The notes under the pieces were generated by a model, which was not told the DNA's origin, did not search any database, and was given only the letters and a program-made list of their open reading frames with translations. From Candidatus Cloacimonadota bacterium (lineage in GTDB: Bacteria; Cloacimonadota; Cloacimonadia; Cloacimonadales; TCS61), in assembly GCA_016927675.1 (NCBI GenBank), contig JAFGMF010000035.1, positions 1-24,724 on the forward strand: a stretch of 24,724 nt of DNA, in the 5' to 3' direction. Position 1 is the first letter of the stretch, and each line of letters begins with the position of its first letter. Made by a program: the position numbers and the translations under genes. This document shows positions 1-10,227 of this stretch, one piece after another.

Positions 1-821
1 ACACTCTGCTGGGCGAAGACATTTACGTTTCGACTGTAAACGAGCAGGAAAACAGCTTTGGGAGAAACGGTTAGGTCATATTCAATTTCGATTCCGACAG
101 CAAGGTCTGGTCCTAATCGGGATATTGAATTGGTTTTCTGGTCAGCTGTCAATCTGCTGATTTCGGATTTCAATTTCTCGAATCTGTTATGAATAAAAGA
201 AGGAGGTTGCAAAGAGCCGGACATTTCCAGGGGGTAGGGGAATAGATAGGTATAACCGCTGTCGTAGATCTGGTAAAGTTTTGAATCCTGGAACTCGGCT
301 CTGATCACAATTCCGCTGATCTCATTTTCAGGTAGATCATGGTAAATAACCGAATAGGTCAATCGGTAGATTTTACTGCCGAATGTGGTATAGAAAGTTT
401 TATATGGTCGATTTTCAGCATGATCGAAAATTACCGGAAGATAGCTTTCGATCAATTCCCAATTCTCTCCATAGATAAGTTCGTAATCACTGCTGTAAAT
501 TGCCAGGAACTCTGGTTGCTGGTTGTTCGAATAAAATTCAATCAACCTTCTGACTTCCATTGAATCTTTCTTGGTAACGGCAGTTACCAGATTTCTACTG
601 GTTGATAGCAGATTGACGAAATTCTGAGATTCATTGATCAATCGGTTACGGGTTGATCGATACTCCTGAATGATCTCATTGATCCTTTTATTCTCAAATT
701 GCCAGATGCCGAACTTTGCCAGCTGCCATTCACTGAAAGCCAATATCAGAACCAGAAGAAAGGTCAGAATTATATACAGGATAAAAACCCGTTGTTCCAG
801 ACCAAGTTTTAGTTTATTCAT
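1..821 (-). CDS. Membrane-anchored sensor/signal-transduction protein, N-terminal part (runs off the window edge)
   Basis: Not in the ORF track. My manual translation from ATG at 821 (AGGAAGG RBS at 831-837) is open to the window edge: MNKLKLGLEQRVFILYIILTFLLVLILAFSEWQLAKFG... One N-terminal TM helix is followed by about 230 aa of soluble sequence, the layout of an extracytoplasmic sensor. The output domain is not visible. Confidence 0.7.
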   Translation of the reverse strand, partial: MNKLKLGLEQRVFILYIILTFLLVLILAFSEWQLAKFGIWQFENKRINEIIQEYRSTRNRLINESQNFVNLLSTSRNLVTAVTKKDSMEVRRLIEFYSNNQQPEFLAIYSSDYELIYGENWELIESYLPVIFDHAENRPYKTFYTTFGSKIYRLTYSVIYHDLPENEISGIVIRAEFQDSKLYQIYDSGYTYLFPYPLEMSGSLQPPSFIHNRFEKLKSEISRLTADQKTNSISRLGPDLAVGIEIEYDLTVSPKAVFLLVYSRNVNVFAQQS

Positions 822-911
822 GACACAACACCTTCCTGCTATTTTAGAAAAAGTACTATGTCAAGAAAATGTTACACCTTATAATTCTGTCAACTTTTTA
901 TGACTTTAATA

Positions 912-2186
912 TTATTTCAGCAGGGCTTTTACGGGTTCAATGCCGTAGGGGGAATCCTGTTCAATGGCTGTGAGGATGGCACCGCCACCGGTAAAAAAGT
1001 AATATTTCGGATCCGAAAGAGCCTTTATATAGATATCCGGTTGCAGTATTTTAAATTCCTGAAGAGTATCACCGCCTCCCAGTAATTTATTTGCCTGATG
1101 ATTTTCATTCAAGCTGGAATATAAGGCAGCCGAACCTTGAGTAAAGTGTGGAGTGAATCCCATAACGGCATTGACAAATATGGTTTTTGCTTTAATAATA
1201 CTATCCTGAAATTGTGGAACCTGCAGAGAATCGGGATGCATATCGAGGATATAGGCGTAGACATCTCCAGTTTTGAATTGAGTAACATCCAGTTTTCTGA
1301 TCTTGGAATTGTCTTGTCGATCCGGGAAAATTGATTCAACAAGATAGCGAGGCAGGATAAGTTTATCACTTTCTTCCGGACTGAGGGTATCGATAAAATG
1401 GCTGGCGGCTGCAACATCTTCCGGTGTGATGCCAGCGATTTTGATCCCGTACCGGGCACAGAGGTAGGCATTATAGATCACTCCACCCAGAACTAGATGA
1501 TCTGCTTTTTTCAACATAGCTTTCAACGGACCTATCTTAGTATCAAATTTAGCTCCGGCGATAATTGCCAGCAAAGGTTTTTCCGGGTTTAGAACTCTGC
1601 TTAAGTTGTCGATCTCTTTTTGCATCAGTAACCCGGCATAAGAGGGAAGATGACGGGTCGGTTCGATTGTTGAAGCGTGAGGTTGCCAAGAGCCAAAAGC
1701 GTCGTTCACGAAGATATCACAAAATGAAGACAGGTGTTTGCCCAATTCCGTAGATGCTTTGTCTTTAGCCTCTTCTCCCTCGAACCAACGGGTATTTGGC
1801 AGATAGATCCCCTGCCAGGCATCATCTTTTAGAATTTTCTTCAGGGATTCAAGATCAAGTGATTTTATTCCAGATTTATCTTCAGGATCAACTTGCGGAG
1901 TATACAAACGGTAACCCTTCTTCTCGGCAAGGTAATCGATAATTGGCTGTACAGCAGTATCGGATGATATAGAGATCAATTTCGTCCGTTTATCTCTTGG
2001 TCTGCCAATATGGGTCATGATCACGGGTTTACCACCATTTTTTATTATCAGATCCAAAGTTGGCAGAGAGGCGTCAATTCTAAACGGATCTTTTATCTTT
2101 CCTTTTTTTACGACATTATGATCGACTCTTAGCAGGATAATTTTTCCCTTAAGATCAGCAGATTGGATTCGAGCTAGATCAGACAT
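912..2186 (-). CDS. pgk: Phosphoglycerate kinase, divergent form
   Basis: PGK motifs in the expected order: RVDHNV, HIGRP, NTRW..GEE, VNDAFG..HAS, AGLLMQKEI, GAKFDTKI, GGGDT, TGGGA. Strong GGAGGAGG RBS just upstream of the start. Confidence 0.9.
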   Translation of the reverse strand: MSDLARIQSADLKGKIILLRVDHNVVKKGKIKDPFRIDASLPTLDLIIKNGGKPVIMTHIGRPRDKRTKLISISSDTAVQPIIDYLAEKKGYRLYTPQVDPEDKSGIKSLDLESLKKILKDDAWQGIYLPNTRWFEGEEAKDKASTELGKHLSSFCDIFVNDAFGSWQPHASTIEPTRHLPSYAGLLMQKEIDNLSRVLNPEKPLLAIIAGAKFDTKIGPLKAMLKKADHLVLGGVIYNAYLCARYGIKIAGITPEDVAAASHFIDTLSPEESDKLILPRYLVESIFPDRQDNSKIRKLDVTQFKTGDVYAYILDMHPDSLQVPQFQDSIIKAKTIFVNAVMGFTPHFTQGSAALYSSLNENHQANKLLGGGDTLQEFKILQPDIYIKALSDPKYYFFTGGGAILTAIEQDSPYGIEPVKALLK

Positions 2187-2320
2187 ACCTCCTCCTTGTC
2201 AAATTGTACTCATAGACCCTGATGATTGATCCTATCAAGCTTGGCAATCTTTTTTTTCCGAGACAGTTAATTTTAAAATATTGCTTGAGTTTTTCTATTC
2301 TATAAATAATGGATTTTAAC

Positions 2321-2349
2321 TTGACACTAACAGTTCAAAACTTTTTTTT
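2321..2349 (+). promoter_or_regulatory. Candidate sigma70-type promoter of the TonB-dependent receptor
   Basis: TTGACA at 2321-2326; the -10 position 17 nt downstream falls in a T10 run (non-canonical). Confidence 0.35.
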
Positions 2350-2392
2350 TTGCAAGTCGGAAAAGACAATCAAAAAATAGTGGAGGAATTTT

Positions 2393-5200
2393 ATGAAGAA
2401 AGGATTTGTCATCACTGTTTTGTTTTTATTATTGATTTTACCGGCTTTTGTTTTTGCTCAGACGGGGACAATTGCTGGTAAAGTAACTATCGAGAAGACA
2501 GGTGATCCACTTCCCAATACGGCTGTTTTTTTAAGTGATGCCAAAACAGGGACGTACACCAAGAAGGATGGGAGTTTCATCCTGAAGAACGTTGAAGTTG
2601 GTATTCAGCAGTTAACGGTGAGTTTTGTGGGATACAAGAAACAAACCAAAGAAGTAACTGTATCTGCTGATGAAACAGTTGTGATCAATTTCTCAATGGT
2701 GGTGGAAGCAATCAAACTCGGCGGGATCAGTGTTAATGAGAACCGGGCTATTAAAAGAGAAACACCGATTGCCTTCACAAATGTTTCTCAGGAGCAGATC
2801 TCCGGTAAATACACAACTGATGACATGCCTCAGTTACTCGAAGGTGTACCCGGTCTTTTTTCCACAACCAGCGGTCTTGGTGAAGGAGAACTGAAGATCC
2901 GCGGATTCGATGCTGACAAGGTTCAGATCATGATCAACGGGATCCCGGTGAATGATCCTGAAAGTCAACAGGTTTACTGGTCTAACTGGACAGGTTTATC
3001 CTCTGCTGTGAAATCCGTTCAGGTTCAGAGAGGTGCGGGTTCTTCCATGTATGGTTCCGGTGCATTTGGCGGATCGGTAAATATTGAGACTATCGGAGCA
3101 GGTGCCAATCCAGAAAAGATGTGGACTTTCCGTAGTTCTGTTGGCGGTTATTCATCCGAGGATGATGTAGCCGATGGCCGGGGTTATTTTGTGGATTACA
3201 AACCTTACAACTACAACTTTTTGCTCAAGTATAATTCAGGTAATCTATATGGCGGTAAGTTCAATTATAGTACTATGCTGGAAAGAAAAGTCGGTAATTC
3301 ATATCAGATAGGTACAGATTATGATGGCTGGTCTTTCGGTGTAGAAGTGCAGAATCTCTGGGGTGACCATAAAGTGAATACCAGTCTGATCGTTGCCCCC
3401 CAGGAACATCGTCAGGCCAGAACCAGTACGGATATGAGGCTTCAGGAAGTTCTGGGTCGCAACTACAATCGTAATAATAATCCCGAGCAGCTTAATTATT
3501 ATAATAAGCCTCAGCTCTCAATCCGGGACGAATGGCAGATCACCGATAATACGCTGTTAATGACCAATCTTTTCTTTACCCGCGGAGATGGCGGTGGAAA
3601 ATATCTCAACAATGATGGCTTTGATGTTAACACCGGCAGGATCATGTATAAACCTGTAAGTGAATATAACGATAACAAATATTTCGGACGTCATGCTTAT
3701 CATGTTGCCTTGCAGGAAGGGATAGAACTTGACGGAATCGAAATCTTCTGGAACGAAAATGATCCGACAATGATTGACAGTGTTTATTTTAACGGAAGTC
3801 TGATCACTTACGGCGCTAATCTTCCCAACCGCGATTATAATCATACCTGGATAAATGACAGCCAGAACAATCACAAACAGTTTGGTTTCAATACTTATCT
3901 CGATCATAAGATCAACGACGTTTTCAAAGTTGTTGTTGGTGGTGAAATGCGTTACTGGAGAGGAGTTCACAGAGCTGAAAGTTTTGATTTCCAGTACTAT
4001 GGCGGAGTTTATGACCAGGCACAGGACAGATATAATTATCACGGAATTGTAACCAATATCTCCGGTTTTGCCCGGCTTAATATCAGACCAACCCCTGCTG
4101 TGAATATCCTTCTGGATGGTCAGTATGCAAATTACATTTCTAAAGTGGAAGAACAACCGATCCAGATCTTTGATTATCAGCTCGGAAAATTCACCGATCA
4201 CTGGTATTATGCCACAAAAACCCTGAAGGATGAAGATGGAAATCTGATCTTTGAAGAAGATGATTACGAAAAAACATTCTCTTTCTTCTCTCCGAAAGTC
4301 GGGGCAAACTTTAATATAACAGAATATTTAAATCTTCTTCTCAATTATTCAATAGCATATAAAGAACCCAAGGTAACCGACTGGTACAGTCGATCCGGTG
4401 GGCCTGATGATTATCAGACCTGGTACGATGATGATGGGGATAAACATGTTGAGAAAATTGATCCTGAAAAAGCCACGACAATCGAATTTGGGTTTGGATA
4501 CGAGGGTGTCGGCTGGAATTTCGGGGCAAATTATTATCGAACTGTTTATGAAGACAAGCTGGAATCAACTTACAATCAGGAAGGCGAATATGTTACAATC
4601 AATGCCGGTAAAGCTCTTCACCATGGGGTAGAATTAGAGGCTGGTCTGTTAATGAATCAGTTTGATGCAGGCATGTCTGTTACCTATTCCCGTAATCGTT
4701 GGGATGATCTCGATGTTGATGAACTTTTTGGGGAACCCAGTGAAGAAATCGAAGGCTGTGTAGTTCCTTATTCACCCGAAAAAATGGCAAATGTTTCTCT
4801 GGGTTACACATTTGTAAATATGCCGATGGCAGGATCACTCAGAATCGGATTTACAGGGAACTTCTGGAATGAATATTACGGAAATTATACCAGCCTTTAT
4901 GATGAATATAAAGGTATAGATCCTTTAACCGGTGAAGGAATCTGGGAATATGATGTAGATGCCAAACTTCCTTATTATCTCACTATCAGCAGCGACATAA
5001 CCTACACATTCAAAGTGGGCGGCAAGAATGCTTCTCTGCGGCTTGATCTGAAAAATATTAACAACAGAGAAGATAATTATTCAAAAGCTTACTGGACTGC
5101 CGATTATGGGCGTAATGACGCTCTTAATAGTCAACGTTATATGTATGTTACCCCAGCTCCGCTGTTTCATGCATTCCTGACAGCTGAGATAAATTTCTAA
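2393..5200 (+). CDS. TonB-dependent outer-membrane receptor with N-terminal carboxypeptidase-regulatory-like domain
   Basis: Signal peptide; GTIAGKV...TGDPLP...GSFILKNV...SFVGYK N-domain; plug motifs (IRGF, MINGIPVND, SVQVQRGAGSSMYGSGAFGGSVNI); beta-barrel-like remainder ending in Phe (AEINF); GGAGG RBS. Confidence 0.92.
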   Translation: MKKGFVITVLFLLLILPAFVFAQTGTIAGKVTIEKTGDPLPNTAVFLSDAKTGTYTKKDGSFILKNVEVGIQQLTVSFVGYKKQTKEVTVSADETVVINFSMVVEAIKLGGISVNENRAIKRETPIAFTNVSQEQISGKYTTDDMPQLLEGVPGLFSTTSGLGEGELKIRGFDADKVQIMINGIPVNDPESQQVYWSNWTGLSSAVKSVQVQRGAGSSMYGSGAFGGSVNIETIGAGANPEKMWTFRSSVGGYSSEDDVADGRGYFVDYKPYNYNFLLKYNSGNLYGGKFNYSTMLERKVGNSYQIGTDYDGWSFGVEVQNLWGDHKVNTSLIVAPQEHRQARTSTDMRLQEVLGRNYNRNNNPEQLNYYNKPQLSIRDEWQITDNTLLMTNLFFTRGDGGGKYLNNDGFDVNTGRIMYKPVSEYNDNKYFGRHAYHVALQEGIELDGIEIFWNENDPTMIDSVYFNGSLITYGANLPNRDYNHTWINDSQNNHKQFGFNTYLDHKINDVFKVVVGGEMRYWRGVHRAESFDFQYYGGVYDQAQDRYNYHGIVTNISGFARLNIRPTPAVNILLDGQYANYISKVEEQPIQIFDYQLGKFTDHWYYATKTLKDEDGNLIFEEDDYEKTFSFFSPKVGANFNITEYLNLLLNYSIAYKEPKVTDWYSRSGGPDDYQTWYDDDGDKHVEKIDPEKATTIEFGFGYEGVGWNFGANYYRTVYEDKLESTYNQEGEYVTINAGKALHHGVELEAGLLMNQFDAGMSVTYSRNRWDDLDVDELFGEPSEEIEGCVVPYSPEKMANVSLGYTFVNMPMAGSLRIGFTGNFWNEYYGNYTSLYDEYKGIDPLTGEGIWEYDVDAKLPYYLTISSDITYTFKVGGKNASLRLDLKNINNREDNYSKAYWTADYGRNDALNSQRYMYVTPAPLFHAFLTAEINF

Positions 5201-5213
5201 AAAAACCGATTAT

Positions 5214-5251
5214 AAAAGCAGGGAAGTTCTTTTACTTCCCTGTTTTTTTTT
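5214..5251. terminator. Intrinsic terminator, probably bidirectional, between convergent genes
   Basis: CAGGGAAGT (5219-5227), 6-nt loop, ACTTCCCTG (5234-5242), then T9; an A4 tract precedes the stem. Confidence 0.85.
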
Positions 5252-5254
5252 ATA

Positions 5255-8098
5255 TTAATTGTCCAGAATGTATCTGACTTTATTTACCAGATCTGAAGAA
5301 GAGAAAGGTTTCTGCAGAAAACCTGCATTCAGCTCGGTTATTCCTTTCTGGACAGCTACCGATTCGGTATATCCCGAGATAAAGAGTACTTTTGTATCTG
5401 GATGAAGGGATCTGATCTTATCAGCCAGTTGATGTCCGTTCATGTTCGGCATAACGACGTCGGTGACCAGCAGATGGATTTTTTTATCAAGATTCTTTGC
5501 TTTGTTCAGAGCATCTATACCGTTAGTCGCACCGATTACCTTATAACCGAATTCTTCCAGAATATCTATAACAAATTCTCTGATACTCGGTTCGTCTTCA
5601 GTTAGCAGAATCGTCTCGAAACCTCGGGGAAGTTCATCATCTTTAACCGGTCTTTCGATAATTTGAGGTTCTTCCTGAAATGCAGGAAAGTAGATAATAA
5701 ACTCACTGCCGATATTCGGTGAACTTTCAACAATTATAAATCCTTTATTCTGTTCGATAATCCCGAATACGGTTGCCAAACCGAGCCCTGTGCCCTTACC
5801 CTGGTCTTTGGTGGTAAAAAATGGCTCGAACAGATGCTGTTTAATTTCGTCACTCATCCCGATACCTGTATCTTTTACCGTTAAGACAACATAATCACCC
5901 GGGATGATCACTTTATCCACAGAATTGATTTCCTGGTCCACAGTCTTATTCTCTGTGCGTACGATGATCTTACCGCCCTGCTGCATAGCATCTCTGGCGT
6001 TGACAACGAGATTTGTTACGACCTGTTCTATCTGGCTTTTATCGACTTTTACGGTCAACAGGTTCTCACCCGGATAAGTTATCAGTTCCAGATCTTCGCC
6101 AATAAGTCGTCGCAGCATTTTATCCATATCCAGAATGATCGAATTCAGGTTAAGCAGTTTGGGCTCTACGATCTGTTTGCGGGAGAAGGCAAGCAGTTGC
6201 CGGGTAAGATCGGATGCTCTTTCTCCGCAGTTCAGAATCACTTCGATGTCTTTTCTGATCGGATCTGAAGCGGAAATTTTTTTAAGAACCAGATCTGCAT
6301 AGCCATTAATAGCCGTCAGCAGATTATTGAAATCATGGGCAATGCCTCCGGCAAGCCGACCGACGACCTCCATTTTCTGTGACTGGATCAGTTGCTGCAG
6401 AAGTTTTTCTTTTTCAGCTTCTGCCAGTTTTCTGTCGGTAATATCACGTCCGACAGCCTGATATTCTATGATCTGATTATCTTCGTTAAAGATCGCCCGA
6501 TGTGTCCATTCCAGCCAGTTCACTTTTTTACCTTGAATAATTTCATCTTCATAGACCAGATTCGGAGTTACACTATCAAGAGTTTTTATTTTATCCAGGA
6601 TAGATGATTTTTTTTCCGGGGTAAAATGTGTGAACCAGTTTGTCCCCTGATACGACTTGTGATTGCATTTATAATATCGGCAGAAAGCATCATTGATAAA
6701 GGTGATAGTGCCTTCGGCCAGATATCTGATTATCAGTTCGGATTGGTCTTCGACCACAGCTTTGTACTGAAGCTGGCTTTCCCGCAGGGCTTCTTCAGCT
6801 TCTTTCAGGGTTGTATTATCGATCATCACACCGGATATATATTTTTCACCTTTTTCATTTACTATCGGAGCCATTCTATCTTCAATCCAGAGATAATTGC
6901 CGTCTGCTTTTTTCAATCTATATAAAAGTGACAGCATGTTAGTATCCCCGGATTTGTACCATTTCGTAAAAGAATTCCTGTATTGAGCCTGGTCATCAGG
7001 ATGCATCAGACTTTTCATGTCTATTTTATCTGCAATGATCTTATCGGCAGTGATACCAATAAGCTGCTCTATATTATCTGAGATAAAGTCTCTGCCTCCG
7101 AATTTTTCATACAGGATGATATTGGGGACATTTTTGAAGATCGAGGTAAGCCTGAATTGTGTTTCTACCAGTTTTTTCTGAGTAAGTTTACGTTCTTCCA
7201 TCTCCTTGCGGAGCTGATTATGGGTCTGAGCATTTTTCAGAGCTGTTGATGCGTATGTTGCATAGGCTTCAGCCAGAGTAAGATCCTCTTCAGTATAGTC
7301 TTCTCCGATCCTGCTCAGGCACATGGCACCCAGCACTTGATTATCGACCAGAAAAGGTGCTGAGATCACCCGTTCATCCTCGATAACAGATGTTCCGGGG
7401 ATCTGCATACCCACCGGATTACCTCTGACCTCGTTAAAGATCAGAGCACGTCCTTCTTTCACAGCTCTGCCTGTAAAACTGTTATCTATGGATAAATCGG
7501 TTTTCAAAATTTCCTGATCAAATTCAGGATCAATAGCAACAACCGGGTTAAGAGTCTGATTGTCTTTCATCAGATAAATCGCACAGGATGAAGATCGTAG
7601 AATATCGGTTGCTCCTTTACCTATCTGGGTGAGAACTTCTTTAACATCAAGACTGGATGTTAGATGACGGGCCGACTCAAGTAATTGTTCCTGTTGACTT
7701 GTCTTCCTCTGAATGGCTTTTTCTATTTTGTGACGATAGAAAGCCATTTCGATTGTTGCATGTAATTCTCTTTCCTCGAATGGTTTGATGATATACCCGA
7801 AAGGTTCGGTTATTTTAGCGCTCTGAAGTGTTTTTTCGTTGGCGTAAGCAGTCAGATAGATAACCGGTGTCTGGATTTCACTGCGGATGATCCCGGCAGC
7901 TTCAATTCCATTCATCGGACCTTCCAGCATTATATCCATAAGAACGAGATCGGGTTTTTTATCTCTGGCGGCTTTGATCGCCAGCTCTCCGGAAGAAAGG
8001 ATACCGGTTACGGCATATCCGAAATTGATCAGAGTCCTTTTTATGTCTTCAGCGATAATTCGCTCATCTTCGACGATCATAATCTGCTTTTTATCCAT
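5255..8098 (-). CDS. Cytoplasmic hybrid histidine kinase: REC-GAF-PAS-PAS-HisKA-HATPase-REC
   Basis: N-terminal receiver (IMIVEDE, LMDIML), GAF-like segment, two PAS/PAC regions (WIEDR..., WLEW...GRDITDRK), H-box [13 protein letters not shown]-box [11 protein letters not shown]-boxes DTGIGM and GKGTGLGL, C-terminal receiver ([13 protein letters not shown]). No TM helix seen. AGGAG RBS. Confidence 0.93.
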   Translation of the reverse strand: MDKKQIMIVEDERIIAEDIKRTLINFGYAVTGILSSGELAIKAARDKKPDLVLMDIMLEGPMNGIEAAGIIRSEIQTPVIYLTAYANEKTLQSAKITEPFGYIIKPFEERELHATIEMAFYRHKIEKAIQRKTSQQEQLLESARHLTSSLDVKEVLTQIGKGATDILRSSSCAIYLMKDNQTLNPVVAIDPEFDQEILKTDLSIDNSFTGRAVKEGRALIFNEVRGNPVGMQIPGTSVIEDERVISAPFLVDNQVLGAMCLSRIGEDYTEEDLTLAEAYATYASTALKNAQTHNQLRKEMEERKLTQKKLVETQFRLTSIFKNVPNIILYEKFGGRDFISDNIEQLIGITADKIIADKIDMKSLMHPDDQAQYRNSFTKWYKSGDTNMLSLLYRLKKADGNYLWIEDRMAPIVNEKGEKYISGVMIDNTTLKEAEEALRESQLQYKAVVEDQSELIIRYLAEGTITFINDAFCRYYKCNHKSYQGTNWFTHFTPEKKSSILDKIKTLDSVTPNLVYEDEIIQGKKVNWLEWTHRAIFNEDNQIIEYQAVGRDITDRKLAEAEKEKLLQQLIQSQKMEVVGRLAGGIAHDFNNLLTAINGYADLVLKKISASDPIRKDIEVILNCGERASDLTRQLLAFSRKQIVEPKLLNLNSIILDMDKMLRRLIGEDLELITYPGENLLTVKVDKSQIEQVVTNLVVNARDAMQQGGKIIVRTENKTVDQEINSVDKVIIPGDYVVLTVKDTGIGMSDEIKQHLFEPFFTTKDQGKGTGLGLATVFGIIEQNKGFIIVESSPNIGSEFIIYFPAFQEEPQIIERPVKDDELPRGFETILLTEDEPSIREFVIDILEEFGYKVIGATNGIDALNKAKNLDKKIHLLVTDVVMPNMNGHQLADKIRSLHPDTKVLFISGYTESVAVQKGITELNAGFLQKPFSSSDLVNKVRYILDN

Positions 8099-8131
8099 TT
8101 CTGCTCCTGAGGAAATGATTCTCCGAAAACA

Positions 8132-8159
8132 ACATCTTCAGAAAATACATCTTTAGAAA
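8132..8159. repeat. Tandem 13-nt direct repeat upstream of the hybrid kinase
   Basis: ACATCTTCAGAAA (8132-8144) and ACATCTTTAGAAA (8147-8159), 12/13 identical. Confidence 0.6.
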
Positions 8160-8336
8160 TGGAAATAACATGGTCAAATTTTTTTTTATCTTTAAATAAA
8201 ATCAGATCGTTATATAAGAAGTATTTTAAGGTATTGTCTTGTCCGGATATTCTGCAGTTGCTTTACCCGGCAACGCTCTAAACCGAACTCCAATTATTTC
8301 AATTTTTTTATTTTTTATTCCTGAGATAAAATACTC

Positions 8337-9971
8337 TTACGTTTTTCTTTTCTTTCTGGGCGTACTTTTTCTACTGTCAGAATCAGTTCTTTTCCTGGCA
8401 TGAGTGATCAGTGATTTTTCACCTTTTTCTTTAAAGCGAACAATAATTTCCTCGGCTTGTTCGAAGGGTACTGTTAAAAAAGAGAAATTATCGAGGATCT
8501 GGATTTCACTGATAGCTCTTGATTTTATGGTAATTTTACTTTGCACAAGTTCGACCAGTTTCTGCGGATTAATGCCGTCTTTTCTGCCCAGAGCTACGAA
8601 TAATCTTGTCTTACCCTGCTGATCGACTTGTTTCCCTCTGGTCCCGAGATCTTTGATCTCTCCGTAAGCTTCAGGATTCAAATCATCTTCAAAAGAGTAA
8701 TGTAAAACTGCTGCCAGGATTTCGGTAGGGTTATTATCTTCCAGCAGATTTTTAGCCCAGTTGAAATATCTGGTTTCAGATTTTTTCTGAAGGAGATTAA
8801 CAATATCTTCGTTGATCTTGTTTTTCTTAGCATTGATAATATCCTGGATCTGGGGAACTCTCGATTTTTTGATATCTGTTTTTGCTATCCTCTGGATAAA
8901 CATCAGTCGTTTGTATTCACTCGGTGTGATAAAAGTGATTGCAGTTCCTTCATGACCTGCCCTTCCGGTTCTGCCAATCCGATGGACATATGACTCAGGA
9001 TCCTGAGGAAGAGCATAATTTATTACGTGAGTGAGATTGCTTACATCAATACCTCTGGCTGCCACATCAGTTGCTACCAGGATGTTGGCTCTTCTTTTTT
9101 TGAATTTCTCCAGGGTCCGTTCCCGCTGTGCCTGGGAGATATCACCGTGAATTGCTTCGGCATCATAACCTCTGTCGGTTAAATGATTGACTACTTCATC
9201 AACATCGATCTTGGTCCTGCAGAAGATCAACCCGTAAAATTCGGGTTCAATATCGATAATTCTGCAGAGTGCCTCGAATTTATCGGATGCTTTCACTTCG
9301 AAATATATCTGCTCCGTGAGATCAGTTGTCAGAGTTTCATTTTTAACCTTGATCAGTTCGTAATCATCCATGTATTTTTTAGCAAGACTTTTAATCCTGC
9401 TCGGGATCGTTGCGGAAAAAAGAAGTGTTCTTTTTTGAGGATTAGTATGTTTCATTATCTCTTCGATATCTTCGATAAAACCCATGTTGAGCATTTCATC
9501 TGCTTCATCCAGGATCAAATGCTCTATTTCCTGAAGTTTCAGGGTTTTCCTGTTAAGATGATCGATAATTCTTCCCGGAGAGCCGACTACGATATGGACT
9601 CCTTTTTTCAGCATCCGTAATTGCTGATCGATTGATTGACCGCCATAGATCGGTACAACTATGATCTGTTTGTCACCCTTGAGTGAATTGATCTCCTCTG
9701 AGACCTGGATCGCGAGTTCACGGGTGGGAACCAGGATCAGAGCTTGAACATTTCTGGAGAGTGGATCTACCATGTCAATCAGCGGTAAGCTGAAAGCGGC
9801 TGTTTTACCGGTACCGGTTTGAGCCTGGGCAATAATGTTCTTATCATCCTGAAGCATCACGGGGATCGTTATAACCTGAATAGGTGTTGGTTCCTCAAAT
9901 CCTTTCTTTTCTATGGCAGCCAGAGCATTTGCCGACAGACCCAGTTCATTGAAAGCTAATGTTTTTTCCAT
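8337..9971 (-). CDS. deaD: DEAD-box RNA helicase (DeaD/CshA-like) with C-terminal DbpA-type RNA-binding domain
   Basis: Q motif (GFEEPTPIQ), AQTGTGKT, PTRELA, DEAD, SAT, ARGID, HRIGRTGRAG; the C-terminal RLFVALGRKDGI segment is typical of the DbpA RNA-binding domain. Confidence 0.9.
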   Translation of the reverse strand: MEKTLAFNELGLSANALAAIEKKGFEEPTPIQVITIPVMLQDDKNIIAQAQTGTGKTAAFSLPLIDMVDPLSRNVQALILVPTRELAIQVSEEINSLKGDKQIIVVPIYGGQSIDQQLRMLKKGVHIVVGSPGRIIDHLNRKTLKLQEIEHLILDEADEMLNMGFIEDIEEIMKHTNPQKRTLLFSATIPSRIKSLAKKYMDDYELIKVKNETLTTDLTEQIYFEVKASDKFEALCRIIDIEPEFYGLIFCRTKIDVDEVVNHLTDRGYDAEAIHGDISQAQRERTLEKFKKRRANILVATDVAARGIDVSNLTHVINYALPQDPESYVHRIGRTGRAGHEGTAITFITPSEYKRLMFIQRIAKTDIKKSRVPQIQDIINAKKNKINEDIVNLLQKKSETRYFNWAKNLLEDNNPTEILAAVLHYSFEDDLNPEAYGEIKDLGTRGKQVDQQGKTRLFVALGRKDGINPQKLVELVQSKITIKSRAISEIQILDNFSFLTVPFEQAEEIIVRFKEKGEKSLITHARKRTDSDSRKSTPRKKRKT

Positions 9972-10227
9972 GTCTAATTTCCTTAATTTTTTCGAAAAAC
10001 CGATGTTTCGTTATAACCTAACTCGCTATTCAGCAACCGTTTCTGCAATATCCACCGTGTTTTAAAACAACCTTTATAATGTCTTGAAAAACAGCAAGAT
10101 AAATTTATTTTAGATATAATGATAATTGAATAATTCGTTTTTGATTGCTATGCCTAAGCGAGATAAGATGACCTGTCGAGTGTGAAGAAAAGTTGATTGT
10201 TCGGAATGATTGTTCAGCTGGGAAAAT

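Noticed and set aside
2187-2392. TPP or cobalamin riboswitch upstream of the receptor
   Set aside because: The region is AT-rich and lacks the conserved aptamer motifs of either class.
3557-4201. 214-aa antisense ORF inside the TonB-dependent receptor
   Set aside because: Fully antisense to a well-supported gene, with no motifs and an Ile/Val-rich composition typical of shadow frames. The same applies to 1109-1471, 9183-9620, 17575-17907, 21331-21768 and 21986-22579.
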